Source of the DNA: Octopus sinensis
Taxonomy: Eukaryota
Direction: 5' to 3'
NCBI RefSeq assembly: GCF_006345805.1
Contig: NC_043003.1
Coordinates: 39,370,001-39,434,000 of the forward strand
Length of the DNA stretch: 64,000 nt
Under the pieces are notes generated by a model. That model saw only the letters and a program-made list of their open reading frames with translations. It was not told the DNA's origin and did not search any database. Numbering within the stretch: position 1 is the first letter of the stretch; the number at the start of each line of letters is the position of its first letter. Shown piece after piece: positions 40,751 through 55,334 of the stretch. Position numbers and translations under genes: made by a program.

Positions 40751-40876
40751 AGTGTCCTTAAGTTGCTAACATTTGCGTTAAATTCCTCCAATTTCCTCCT
40801 CTAATTTTGTTCTTTGTTATTGTTGGTTCCACAAATTGCATGTGTCCAAATGTAAATGCGTTTTATCTTTTTGCAG

Positions 40877-40905
40877 AATTCAAAACTCTGATGACATCAG
40901 AATGA
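40877..40905 (+). CDS. TnC: Troponin C terminal exon 5a (E-FKTLMTSE*)
   Basis: Strong acceptor ttttatctttttgcag, then AA TTC AAA ACT CTG ATG ACA TCA GAA TGA. Completes Glu12 of EF-IV and the exiting helix (EFxxLM). Gives a 150-aa protein if the tentative exon 1 is used. Confidence 0.88.
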
Positions 40906-41619
40906 AGCAACCTGTTCATCACCTGTCCACCCGTCCACCCGTCCACCCGTGTCTAAATTGAATTCCATGTATCTCGAAAGGACACTCAAAGACGTTATTT
41001 TTCTTCTCCAGTTACTTTTAGTTCCTCTATTCTTTCTACGTCTACTTACACTTACTCTCTCAGTTTTTTTTTTATCTCTTTCACTTACGGCCTACTGACT
41101 ATCACACATCTTTCTCTGAAGATGACACACAGCCCTTGGCACGTCGATATATTGCTAATAATGCTAGTTATAACCTTCGTATATATCTTTCTCTAATCGA
41201 TCGCACACTTACCTATACCCAATCCGTCCCCTACCCATTCCTGCCAATAGCAAACACAACATCCAGTTAATTTTACTTCTTAATTAATTTGTCTACTTAT
41301 TATTTATGCCAAACCTTTAATTTTTGACATGCTTCATTCAACTATGACTAATACCACAACTACTACTACTACACCACTCTACAACTATTATCAACAACAC
41401 CATTATTGCACATCTCCATTACCACCACTACTATTATTAAACAAGGAGATAAAAAGAACATTCAGCCACTATCACTGCTGTCTAGGATTTTTTTAACAAT
41501 CTGTCCGCTGTATTTCTTTTCCTTCAGTATGTGTACTTAAGAAACAGTAAAGTTTTACTGCTGGAATGGGGAGGAAGAGTTTATTGTCTAAGCTTCGTGA
41601 CAATTGCTGACACATAATA

Positions 41620-42600
41620 ACAATAAAAAAAGTTCTCTGCATACTGAGTTCAAATGCAGCTGACGCCTGATTTACTTTCATCCTTAGGGGTTCAATAAAA
41701 TAAGCACCAGTAATATGCTGTGGTACATATTAAATGAATTTACTCTACCCTTCTCGCTCATTTGTCCATCCTCTCAATTATGTTGTTTGGCAGACTTGTT
41801 AATGTTGCACAAAATATCTTGCTGCATGTCTTCCAACTCTTTACATTCTGAGTTCAAATCCTGCTGAGGTCACCTTTGCTATTCACCCTTTTGGGGTTAT
41901 AAAAATGAAGTGCCAGTGAAATACTGAGGTCGATGAAGACGACTGCACCCCACCTCCAACTCCTCCAAACTTTTTCCTCTAAAACGAGAAACAATTATCA
42001 TTATTGCTATTATTATTGGTGGTATTAAGGCGGTGAGCAGACAAAATCATTAGCACACCGGGCAAGATATTTAGCGGTATTTTGTCCGTCTTTACATTCT
42101 GAGTTCAAATTCCGCTGATACCGATTTTGCTTTTTTTCCTTTCGGGGTCAATGAAATAAGTACCAGTTGATCAATGGGGTCGATGTTGTCGACTAGTCCC
42201 CTACGCCAAAATTTCAGGCCTTGTGTCTATAGCAGAAAGGATCATTATCGATGGTATTGCTTGTTATGCTGTTATTGACGGTGGTGATGGTGGGGGAGGG
42301 GTGATGCTACTGATAGTAGTAGTGGTGGTCATGGTAGAAGTGGTGGTGGCTGCTAAGTTTTTTATGTGGTGGATGTATATTTGCTATGTTTATAATTATT
42401 GTTTTCGTTATAATTAATATTGTTGCTATCGTTGTTATTGTAAATGTTATTGAAGAACAGCAAGTCGGCTGATGCAGCAGAGCATCAGACTAAATGCTTT
42501 CGTCAACAAATCTGAGTTCAAATCCCACCAGGGTAGACTTTGCTTTCTCATCCTTCCAGGATCGAAATTTTAAGTACAATTCATATCTTGGTGGGAATGA
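41620..42600 (+). mobile_element. Cluster of four decayed Meta-like SINEs between exons 5a and 5b, all sense
   Basis: gagttcaaat...ctttc/gtacc cores at about 41646, 41850, 42100 and 42515. Confidence 0.7.
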
Positions 42601-43523
42601 CACTCTAACTAAAACTAAGTTTCTCTCTCTCTCTCTCTCTCTCTATTTCTCTCTCTCTCTCCCTCTATCTATCTATCTATCTCTTTGTGCTAAATTTTCA
42701 GTTATTGTGCCAATGTTATATTATTGTATTATTGTTGTTGATGTTATTGTTCTTACTAGGGTAACAGAGAATGGAAAGGAAGAAGTCAGAACTATTTTAA
42801 CGATACTAACGAGTTCTATAATACACTAACATTAAATCAAATTCACAACTAATTTAGCAACAGGGAAAAGGTGTACAAGTAACATTCGGGGTTGTTACCA
42901 TTACAGCAGAACACGTGACTATTACACCACTTCCTCATCTTTGTTACTTAGTCAAGAGAAATAACCTTCATTATCATCACCATCAGCATCATCATCTTCA
43001 TCAACAGCCGCATCTCTATCATCAATGTTTTCGATTATTCTCTTTACTTATCTCACATGTGCCAAAGATTAAGCACATCTGAACATTAGCACAGAAGCAT
43101 GCGCGCGCAGCATACACATAATAATAAAAATAATAATCATTACTGTTGTTGTTGTCACTATTATTAGAATTAGAATTATTATTTTTGGGGTTTATTTCAT
43201 GATTAATATTTAACATATTTACATTTCTTCATTGCAGTTGTTTCGTCGTCGTTGTTGTTGTTGTTCTTAGTAATGTTCACGTTATTTTGTATGCAACAAA
43301 CTATGGCATAATGTCTTTATTTCTCATTATTTATCTTTGTTTAACTCTCTCAATCTATCCATCTAGATGTCGCTTTCAGTCAATGTACATAAATACAAAT
43401 ATTACATATCTGTGTGTGTGCATATGCATGTTTGTATATGTATGTGTGTGTGTGATGTGCATGCGTACGTGCATCAGTATATATGTATATGTCTATATAA
43501 AACTTTTATAATAATAAATAATG

Positions 43524-43572
<49 letters not shown>

Positions 43573-43678
43573 TCATGATAATGATAATAATAATGATGAT
43601 ATAGATAAACATATTGTATACATATAAATATGCTTATATATACATGTATACATATAAATATGCCTATATACATATATA

Positions 43679-43745
<67 letters not shown>

Positions 43746-43752
43746 ATATATA

Positions 43753-44129
43753 TACAAGAGTTACGGAACAAAGTAGATAAGATCTGGGCTACATATGTTT
43801 CGTAGCGAGTGGAACCTCAGAAATGGTAAATATTCAAGCGAGGCGTATACCGCAGGCTTGTCTTCAAACTGAGGATATCTTGATTAAATGAAATGTTACA
43901 TTGTTGCAAGGAGGTACATGTTGAAGCCTGGAAAGTTCACTCTGAACTTCCCAGGCGTCAACGTATACCTTCTTGCGACAATGTAACATTTCATTTAATC
44001 AAGATATCCCCGGCTTGATGACCAGCCTGCGGTATACACCTTGCTTGGATATTTACCACTTCTGATATTCCGCTCGCTATGAAACATATGATTGAAGGAT
44101 CTTATCTACTCCACTTCTTAACTCTCGTA
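43753..44129. repeat. Fold-back with 187-bp arms and a 3-nt loop
   Basis: 43753-43939 aligns without gaps to the reverse complement of 43943-44129, with many substitutions. Confidence 0.9.
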
Positions 44130-44344
44130 TTCCTATTCGCACACCCAGCAACCCTGGTCGCCTACCGTGAAATATAAAAAGTACATTTTTCAGCTTATCG
44201 TACTTCGATACGAAAAACTTCCACAATCTTCCGTCTCAATAAACCACTATTGTCCCTGGAAGTTTTTCTTTTAATAATTACTACGGATTGCTTGAAACTA
44301 ACTTTATTCCTCCACTTCGATCCCTGGATCTTATATGTATATAT

Positions 44345-44383
<39 letters not shown>

Positions 44384-44505
44384 TTCCTCCATGTGATCGG
44401 CTTCAAAAATTGTTAAGACACTAGGATATTTTTCTATGTTCCTTAACATGAAACCAATGGTAGCCTTGATTCATAAATAAATAAATACATACATATATAT
44501 ATACA

Positions 44506-44567
<62 letters not shown>

Positions 44568-45143
44568 ATATTTTATGAAAAAACATTATTTGAAACTTTT
44601 GTATTTTTAAGTTGCTCCTTTTTTCTGTTTTTCTACACATTGTCCACTGTTCATCTCCAACTACTATTACTACTACTATCAGCATTGTAATTATTAATGT
44701 CTTTCTTCTTATTGTTCCTGTTGCTAATATTTTGTTTCTTGTTATTTCAATACATAGCCTTGACAAGAAATGAATGCATGCCTCTATTCACATAAATTAC
44801 TCTGTTTGCCATTGACAATATACAAAATACAAAATTGCGAAAAATAACTGTATAGCGAGATTCAAGATTCATCTAATGTATTTATACTATGGAGACGAGG
44901 TTACCAGGCAAGTGATTTGATGTGATACTATCTCTTAGAACTAAAGCAGATGCATTGTGGGAGACACGTGCTAGCTATTTATTTGTAATAAAGAAAGCTT
45001 CTAACAAAGCAGAACATTTTACAAAAACGACTTTATATTTCGAACGCAAAGGCCTTATATACATATGTTACCACCTCAAAATATTAGAATATGTTTCAAC
45101 ACGATTTCACATCAAGTATCTTAAAACGTATATATACATATAT

Positions 45144-45257
<114 letters not shown>

Positions 45258-46386
45258 CATACATGCATATCCAAATACATATATGGATATTTGCTTGTAT
45301 ACATACATATATTTGTATATTTTTATATGCTTGTATGTATATATATCTATGTGTCTATGAGTGAGTGGACGGGGGCACATGCAGTTACAACTCTGTATAC
45401 AGAAGGACAAACTACTAATCGTCCGTAAAGTGTCCGGTTTTGCGGATGATAGTGAAAGCGAATGCCAGAACAAATAATAAAAGTATGATATTAATCTCCA
45501 TATATTAATAATACTTTTGTTTTAAGCTTGACTTTATCTTTTGTTTCTATTTTCTTGCTCTAAATAATTGTTTCCTTATTTGTTATCGTAGCTATTGTCA
45601 TTGTTTAATGTATGCAAATCTTTTTTGCTTCACCTTCCTTGAATGTTATTCAAACTTTCATATATGTCTGTATTTGTGTATGCCTCAATATATTAATTAA
45701 TCTATGTGTTTATCTACTTAAATCAATATACATAAATCTATGCATATAGGTAGGTGTATATATGTATATATATACATATACATATATACACACACACACA
45801 TATATATATATATGCGTACATATATGTATACAGAGACAGATATCGATTCAGTTCCACCTACTCGTAAAAATAAAAAATGAAAGGTGACTATTTGAATACA
45901 CCCAAAAATGTAAACACATGGACATGCTTTTTTTGAAATGAATTGGTGAATATGTCCTGCAAAATGTAACTAACATATTTAGGATGTAGTTTATTGGATA
46001 TGCCTAAACCATATACCCAAGCATTCATAGACAAAAAGAAAACATTCACACACGCACGCACACGCATACGCATACACATGTTCAACACATATTGAAACAT
46101 ATGCTATGTATTAAAGTACAACTAACACAGGCATTGGAAACTTTATCTTACTTGCCTTGACTATTTTACTAACTTTAGTAACTATACATTAGCACAGTCA
46201 AATTAACAATAGACTGTAGTAGCTGTGATGGTTATCCAATGACAAATCCTCGCACCCACATCCACGCGCACTACATAAAAACGTATATTGCATATACATA
46301 AACTAGAAAGTAATATTTTCTGATGCAACATTATATATATACATATGTATATGTGCATATATATATATGTATACATATATATATTC

Positions 46387-46417
<31 letters not shown>

Positions 46418-46660
46418 TACACACATATATATATACACACATATACATACCCAAAGTATATAATCTACATATCAACATACAAAAAATGTATATATATGTA
46501 ATATGTATATATATACAATTATATATATATGTATACATATATATATATATATCATATACATATCCATAATATATTATCTACATATCAACATACAAAAATC
46601 TTATATACTATTCAATATTTTTTTTCTTTCACTCATTAAATTTTTCTCTCATTTTTCCAG

Positions 46661-46686
46661 AATTTTCTAAACTGATGATGGAGTGA
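46661..46686 (+). CDS. TnC: Troponin C alternative terminal exon 5b (E-FSKLMME*)
   Basis: Strong acceptor tttttctctcatttttccag, then AA TTT TCT AAA CTG ATG ATG GAG TGA. Same phase and EFxxLMxE pattern as 5a. AATAAA at 46846 and 46894. Gives 149 aa with the tentative exon 1. Confidence 0.85.
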
Positions 46687-46845
46687 GTTCTTGGGCTTAG
46701 ATAACAACGATGATGTTCCCCTGTGCAGAAGGGAAGAAGTGCTTAACCCCCACCCCATTCCCTGGTATAAAGAAAAGGTCTCTACATAACCTGTTGCTCT
46801 CAATTTATGAACACTGCCACAGCTAAAACAAAAAAATCACTGAAA

Positions 46846-46899
46846 AATAAATAATGAAATAAGTTTTCAAGAAAATTAAATATATCAATATTCAATAAA
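46846..46899 (+). terminator. Candidate polyadenylation signals for the exon 5b isoform
   Basis: AATAAA at 46846-46851 and 46894-46899, about 160-210 nt after the 5b stop. AT-rich context, so a chance match is possible. Confidence 0.4.
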
Positions 46900-47890
46900 A
46901 GCAAAATAAACTCAGATTTAACAAATACAACACATACGGAGACACATATATATGCATACATATATACATATATATATATTTCTATATACATATGTATATA
47001 CGTATATATGTGTGTGTATATAAGTGCCTTACATAGATAGACACACAGTCACACATGCTTCTATATCAATAAATATACTTTTATACATGTATACAAATAC
47101 ACATATGCACAGATAAATATATAAATACATGTAAATATATAAAAGAAACACAAAAGTTTTCCCCAAAATCTCTTCAATAATAAGTGCAAATACGTATATG
47201 TGTGCGCATATATATATTTCTTAGGAATTTTTTTTTCTGCTAGCAGCTTCGTATGCTAACAACTTTTCTGGTTTGGGTGGGGGTATATATTTCAATGTTT
47301 GGTGTATATTTCTTTTCAAATACCCTAGCAAAGATGTACACTCACACACACACACACACACACACTCACTCACTCACTCACACACACATACTCACAAACA
47401 CGCGTATAATATGTTACAATACATCATTAATGCTAAATACGTGATATCTAAACAAAATACGATGCCGGACGCAATCCATACCAATTTTCCCAGTTGACTT
47501 CTTCCTTCCATTAAATTCTTCAGCCTTCCTCATTCCAATCTATTTATTTATTTAATCATTTTCAATACACACGCGAACACACTCACACACACACACACAC
47601 ATAATCTTCTGAAAATCTATGTCAAAAATATATACCTTGATATATCAATAAAGTACACGGTATTGTGTATTGCAGCTGATCTTACCACTCATTTTTCACG
47701 GGGCGTTACTCTCTAAAATGCTTGATTACCTCGTCAAGATTTTTCCCATATCTGCTAGCTCTGACGAGCATGTGGTATTATTTAATCATGCTGTTGTCTA
47801 AAATTAAGATTTTAATACTCGGTGTGAAACTGATTAGTAAGATTGGGTCAATGGTTATACAATACAGTATACTTTGATTTATATATATGC

Positions 47891-47922
<32 letters not shown>

Positions 47923-48353
47923 CAGTATATACATATGTGTGTAGAGAGAGAGAGAGGGGGAGAGAAAGAGAGAGAGAGAATGGGGGACAGTGAGGGAGAG
48001 GATGATATGTACAATAGTTCCTTATTTTATTTCCTATTCTCTTTTCTTTGGTTTTGTTTTTTACTTCCCCGCTTGCTTCTTCCCATTTACCTTTATATGT
48101 GGATGTCATTTTGCAAGCAAAAAGATAAACAAAGGGAAATGACAGAACATTGACATGTTTCGACCCTACTGAGCCACATTGTCCAGACGATGCAACTGGA
48201 CTTGCACATAGGGCTGTGGCATTGAGGCATTTAGCACACATGCATGCATTGCTGTCAGCTTGCATATTTGCAAACTCTCTTTCGGTCTCACTCACTCTCT
48301 CGCTTTCGCCTTTCTCCCTCATCTACACATGTACACACGCTCATATATATGTA

Positions 48354-48403
<50 letters not shown>

Positions 48404-48456
48404 ATATATATAATATATATATATATAATATATATATATATATAATATATATATGC

Positions 48457-48521
<65 letters not shown>

Positions 48522-48525
48522 CACA

Positions 48526-48575
48526 CACCTGAAGAAGACCAGAAAGAGAAAGATAATCTGGTTCAATCCCCCATG
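48526..48575 (+). mobile_element. Very short Penelope-like coding remnant
   Basis: Translates to [14 protein letters not shown], the RKRxIIWFNPP motif of Penelope-like polyproteins. Short, flanked by microsatellites. Confidence 0.6.
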
Positions 48576-48599
48576 CAACTTGTGTGTGTTTCTCTCTGT

Positions 48600-48643
<44 letters not shown>

Positions 48644-49351
48644 ATATAGGTATATGTATCAACGCATGAGAATTGATACACACTGCATACATATGCACAC
48701 AATTATTCTCTCTCACATAGATGCACTGGTGATATTCATTCAGAAAATCGATTGATGTTCACCCAGGAGATATCAAGTTGGGGGAACCGACACTTGCTTA
48801 TATTTCAGATTGTTACATCCACCTCCGCCACCACTACAACCACAACGAACTTTAACACCCGCCACCACTACCAATAACACCTTGAATATTTACATTAGTT
48901 CCACTACTAAGACTAACACAGACAACAATCATTACTAACACCACCTCCTCTACTAACACCACCACTCCTCTACTAATACTACTACTGCTAACATTAACAC
49001 TACCACCACCACCATCACCACCTCTCTTTAAGCTTTTTTTATAATTTTATTCTTGCCGTCTATTTTATTTTATTTTCTATACTTTTTTATTTGGTCTTGT
49101 AAATAATTTTTCTTTAGTTTTATTTATTTATTTATTTGCATTATTCTTTTTCATTTTTTCCCTTCTATCTTTTTGCCTTTATTTCTCCATATATTTTATT
49201 TTGGTTTTCTTTAAGTTTGATAATTTTTCTCTTATTTCTATTTTTTATATCCTCAAACACACACACACACACACAAACATACACATACATACATACATGC
49301 ATATTTATATATATATAATTATATATATAATATATATATATATCTATATAT

Positions 49352-49387
<36 letters not shown>

Positions 49388-49656
49388 ATTATGCTCTATT
49401 ATTATTGCTATTTCTCTTAGCACACATTCTTTTTCTTTGGCCCAGCTCATAGATATATGTGCACAGAAATTTATATATACTCATGCAATCACATATTCTC
49501 TCTCTCTCCCTTTCTTTCTCTCTTTCTCCCCCGCCCCTCTCTCTCTCTGTATTTCTGTATTTTTCTGTTTTTATGTCAGCCAAAACATGTTTAAAATTCC
49601 ATAATGACCCCCTTCTCCACTCCTGTTGTGCTTTCCACACTATGATAATTGTTACA

Positions 49657-49695
<39 letters not shown>

Positions 49696-50960
49696 TCACA
49701 CACACTCGCACACAGACATATATATGTAGCACACACACATATATAATATATATACCAGAAGCATATATTTAAGTATACTTGATTTTATTTTGTTTTATTT
49801 GTTTTATTTATTTTATTTATTTATTTATTGTTAAACATACATATACAAGGGAAGTAGGCAAACAACAAGGACAGAACTTTTAGCCACAGCTGTAATCTAA
49901 TTCTCGTGTCCACATTGTCAGAGTTGTTTTAATCTTAAAAAATAGGCTTCTCTAGCCATCCTAGAGGACTCTCAAGAAAAAAACCAATAGAATGAAATTC
50001 TCAACCAAGATATGTTATTGATGATAACTCGCATAAATACACTTGTATATAAAAACATTACGATGGTGAAGAACATATATGAACTTAAACATACACATAA
50101 ATGCATACACAGGCATACACATACTGACATACCTACATATACACAGACATACATAAGAATGTGCGTGTGCGTGCGTGTATGTGTACATGTGTCCATGTGA
50201 GCGTATGTTTGTGTGTAACATCTTCACAAATGTGTGTTACATGTAATAGAATATTCTTGGATTTGCCACATCAGCCAACTGCGAAACCATCAGACTTGTC
50301 CCGCAAGCCAATCCGGAGTCTGGGTCACCTCTGACAGCAAAGGACAAACAAGGATTTATAATATATACAATGTTATGTCAATATTATGTGTGTATACATA
50401 CATGCATATATATATATGTGTATGTGTTTGTGTGTGTGCATGTATATATATTTATATATTATATACTTATATAACATATATATGTATATATATATATGTA
50501 TGTATATGTGTGTGTATGTATGTGTATATATATATGTGCATGTGTATATATATGTGTGTGTATACATCTGCACATACACATTTGAATAAACATACACACT
50601 CACACGCATACAGATACACACATACGCACACATACATGCACAAACATGCACACATACAAAACAAGCTTGTAACATTGACATGTGTACACTGACAATATCT
50701 ATATATTTCTACTAATATTTCCACGTCAAAGTTTGATAAATTTTTTATACAATTGTCAAAACTGGCACATGTTTTATGATTTGTGTATTTATTTATAAAT
50801 TTCGGCAATAAAAAGAAAATATATTGTCCCCTAAATTTGTTCTCAACCACCCATTTGTTTGTCTCATTCCTTTATATTTTATTGATCTCTTTCATTGGAT
50901 TGTGTTCAACTGGATCATGATTTTCTTTCGGTAAGTACGAAGGAACCTGCACAACTGATA

Positions 50961-52243
50961 CAAGGGCCAGCTGAAAGGTTCATAGGCTGACCAAGATATT
51001 CTCATGGAATGTAACCAAATGAGATTCATTTTTCAGCAGTTTCCCTTCCAGTCCACACACTTCTTCTATCGGTTTTGCAATGTTTGGATTCCATTGAACA
51101 AGCTTTTATCCTATTTGTAAAAAAATGTCCTCAACATCACACATGACATTATTATCAATGCGATACTGGTTCCAAGCCAAGTGGGGTTTTTTTTCATATT
51201 GAGGAAAAGATGATAGTCAGGTGGGGCCAAATCAGGAGAGTAAGAATAGTGATCAACAAATTTAAAGCTACAGTCACGCACAGTAACCACTGAAATGAAG
51301 GACCTGAGTGCTGGAGCATTGTCTTCATGAAACAGGAATCCTTTCGTCAGATTTCCCAGGCGTTAGGTCTTCATAACCCTTCGTAACTACCTCAGCAAGT
51401 AGGCATAATATTCTCCATTTATGATGTGGTCATTTTGAAGATAGTCAATAAGCACAAAGCCTTTTGCATCCCGAAAAACTGAGACCATTACTTTCCCTGT
51501 GGATGAAACGACTTTGGGTTTCTTTGGAGTAGGTAAGGAGGAGTGTTTCTCATAGATTGTCTCTTTTTATCTCTTGCTCAAATTAATAAAGACAACACTC
51601 ATCCGGGCTTAGGAAAATGTTCAAGGAAACCAGCTGATCCTCTCCCAAACAATGCCAGATTTTCCCGCGATATGATCAACCTGGTCCACTTTTGATCAGA
51701 TGTCAGAAGACATGATACCCACTGAACAGAAATCTTCGTCAGGCCAAGTTCTTTGTGTAGAATATTCTCAAAATTCTTGCGGCAGATGCTAATAGCATTG
51801 GCTATTTGATTTATAGTCAATCGCTCGTCATCCATCACTATGGGATGAACACAATCGATGGTGGCAGTTGCTGGGCGTCCAGACCTTGGGTCATCTTCAA
51901 AACTCTCCCTTCCCATCCTAAATTCAGCTGCCCATTTTTACACTGTTGATGAAGCTGGAGAATCATCTCATAATGTAGCAACCATGTGAGCATGAATTTC
52001 ATTGAGAGTTAAAACCATTTTCTGCATGTACTTGATAACGCCACGTTACCAAATTTTATCCATTTTCAAGAGAGGTCACTACTAGTTACATTTTATGCCT
52101 TGTTTGAGCTGTCAGATGTCAGTTTACCTGGAAAGAAACAATGTCATTATTAATAAGAAGAGTTGAAATTAATGCATGCAAGAATTCGCAACTCTTGAAA
52201 CGCTTATTCATAGTCAGCCTATGAACTTTTCAGCTCACCCTTG
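50961..52243 (-). mobile_element. Near full-length (1283 bp) decayed mariner
   Basis: TIRs caagggccagctgaaaggttcataggctgac / gtcagcctatgaacttttcagctcacccttg. Transposase remnant GRESFEDDPRSGRP...LGLTKISVQWVSCLLT (WVPHxL-like); multiple stops and frameshifts. Confidence 0.9.
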
Positions 52244-53739
52244 AATTTCTCTGTAAGAAATGAAGAATTCATCTGCACATTATACTCATGCATATGTGCG
52301 TGTGTGTGTATGCTTGTGTTCGTTTGTGTGTATTTGTGCGTATGTGTATGGTTGTATGTATGCGTGTGTTTATGTATTCGTATGTGTGTGTGTATATGTG
52401 AAAGTGTGAGTGTGCATGTGTGTGTGTATACGTGGAAGTGTGAGTATGTATGTGTGCATTTTTGTATATCTATGTACGTGCTTATGAACGTGTGTTTATC
52501 TGTTTGTGCATATATGCATGTGTATGTGGAAGCGAGTATGTGTTTTCGCTTGTGTGTGTGTATATGTTTGCGTATGTGTCTATAAGTATGTATTTTTTGC
52601 GTGTGTGTTTTGTGTATGTGTGTGGAAGTGGTTTGCTAACTGTTGATAGCAAACCACTTTGCTTGCTAAATGAATAACAGATTGTACGGTACTTGCATAT
52701 AAAGTGCGGAAGATATGCGAAAACTAGAAAGATATGAAGCGAACATGCTTTAGCGCATGTGTAACGGTAATGTGTACAAATGAGCTGAGAGAAAAACTGA
52801 ATGTAAGGCGCATCCAGTACAATATACAAGAGAAGAAATTACATTCGTATGAATATATAATGCAGTGTGGCAGATGTTTATTGTATAAAGAATTGCCGAA
52901 CGCTTTTAGTTGATGGCACCATGAGAAAAAAGGATAACTAAGAGACCTCTCTGGTGTTGATGCAACGATAAAATATATCAAGCAATTTAAATTAGTTGGT
53001 GAGCGAAGCTTTTTTAGTCCTTCTGAGAACGTGGCAAGTTTTCTAGTGTAACCAATACACCCAGTAAAGTCATTGAAACTAGGAAAGGCATTCAGCCATA
53101 GAAAACGTCAAATGGGACTGAGGAACACTTGCAGTGAAGAGGAGAGAAGCCCAAAAAGGGGATGCGAAACCTAGGTTTCCAAAACTGTGTTATATGAATA
53201 CCATTTTTATCTTTCACTTGTTTCAGTCTGCGGCCATACTGGGGCACCACCTTGAAGAATTTTTAGTCGAATGAATCGACTCTAGTGCTCATGTTTTTTT
53301 TAAGCCTGGTACTTGTTTTATCGGTTTTGTGCCGAACTGCTAAGTTACGAGGACGTAAACACACCGGCACCGATTGTCAAGCGGTAGTGGGGCACAAACA
53401 AAAAGAAAATTAATTCTTCAACATGAAGCACAGGGGATTTTTAGGGGACTGTACCTCTGAAAAACCTAAAGCTTGTGTATAATACGCACCCCTTCTCTAA
53501 CTTGAGTCAAGGAGGTCTATATAACGTCCTCGGTTTGTAAAAATGTATACGGTAACGTCCTTTATTATTATTGTAAATATAACATAATGCAAACGTGTAG
53601 CTTTTTTGTGCATTTTGTTTGCAGAATATAAAGAAATAACAGTAATAACGTTTAATAAATGTTGCTTACTGCAAGTTATGGATGATTCTTTTATGACTTC
53701 ATTGCTTTCAGGCTTAGCTTAAGGTATTTTTGCGCCCGA

Positions 53740-55310
53740 CATCACAAAATGCGTCTGAATAAACATTGCCGGACAGCAAATAGAGACTCGAACATTGCTT
53801 ACTGAAGGCATTCAGAAAGCGATACAAGAAACATATAATAGACTGACTATACCGGGGGAGTAGATTCCCGATGGACCATTAGTGAAAGAACTTTATAAAG
53901 AAGTACTTGTGAAAACACCTACAAATAATCAGAAGGACATGATGTAAGTGGTCATTCTCACTTTCCTTCCTCTTGGCCGTACTCAGGAGACACAGTGTAA
54001 ATGCATATAGCATCAAGTCACCTTGGAAGTAGGGCCACCTGCACAACGACCTCAGGTCACTAGATATCGAAAAAGTGGCTATCAGTGAGACCGATAGTTC
54101 CGGTGTACAAACCTTCGCATCCATCCTCGGCGGCAAATCTACCGGAAATGGGTAGTAAGTAACTGTGTTGTTTCGGAAAGAACTAGACCTTGCTATATAG
54201 TTCCTAGACCCAGAGGTAAATCGGCGGTGCTGTACATGACCAACAGCGAATGCACTACCTTTAGACTAGTATCCGTCTATCCCACGGCTAAAGTCCTTTC
54301 GAGGAAAGTCCCGCTCTTTATTACAAAGGATTGGAACGCCATCTTAGATGCACGCAGGGACTGCATGGGGATAGTCGATAGAGTAGGGAGTGAAAAGCCT
54401 CGCAAACCTGTTAGATGTTTCCAACTGTCTGACAGGTACCGACAACATCTCCAGAATGCACACATGTGGACACGGATAAACTGTATCAGGTCATCCAAAT
54501 CGTATTTAGAGTTTTATGTAGGCTCTTAAATAGGGATAGGATAGGTTATCAATATTATAAACAGTCGGTTGCACAGACCACAAATCTGTGAACTGTACAG
54601 TCGACCTAGACAGATTTCATAGGTAGGCTCCGGTTAATGAAAACTGAAAGCGTCTTTCCCAGCATGTCAAGCTCATAGAGACTATATTCGCGAATCACTT
54701 AAGCGAATGTTGAGGGTGGCAATCGTCAACAAGAGATGATAGTTTGCCTTGAAACAGGTGATTAGAATAGAATCGATAAGATTTAGTAAACATGTAGTGA
54801 TAGAGGAAACAAGATTAGTCAGAAAATTAGATATCTAGAAGACGCACTTAGGAAAGACATCATAAACGATGTGCAGGCAGTGAGGTTTGCCCTTAATTAA
54901 TTCTTCAACATGAAGCACAAAGGCTTCTTTGTCTAGGATAAAGGGACGTGCTCTACAACACAGAGGAACGCATACCGTTCGATGGATCTGAGTGGCTGAA
55001 ACACAGTCTATTAATAAAACTACAATTCGGTCTTTGGCATACGTTGATGAATGTGTGCCACTCGAGTCCAAGCAGGTGGCTTTTGGTCGACTGTTCGGAA
55101 TGAGTGAGGGTCAAATTGTCAAATGTACTTCAGTGACTACCTCGACAGCCTACCGCAACTCTCAGCAACGGTATCGGAGTGTGGCGAAAGGCTGATTACT
55201 GCCACTGAAATGAAGAAAGTCATGTTTGGCTGCACGAAGGGCAAGTTACCAGTGCCTCGTGTAGAAGTTCCCTCCCCACAAAAGAATCAGGCCATATTCC
55301 TATATTAGAA
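53740..55310 (+). mobile_element. Decayed L1/Tx1-type LINE ORF2 fragment (APE endonuclease and linker)
   Basis: AIQET, FRLVSVYP and DWNAILD motifs of APE endonucleases; further on ITATEMKKVMFGCTKGKLP resembles the region before GKSPGxDG. Heavily frameshifted. Confidence 0.6.
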
Positions 55311-55334
55311 AGGATTATCATTACTATTATTAAA

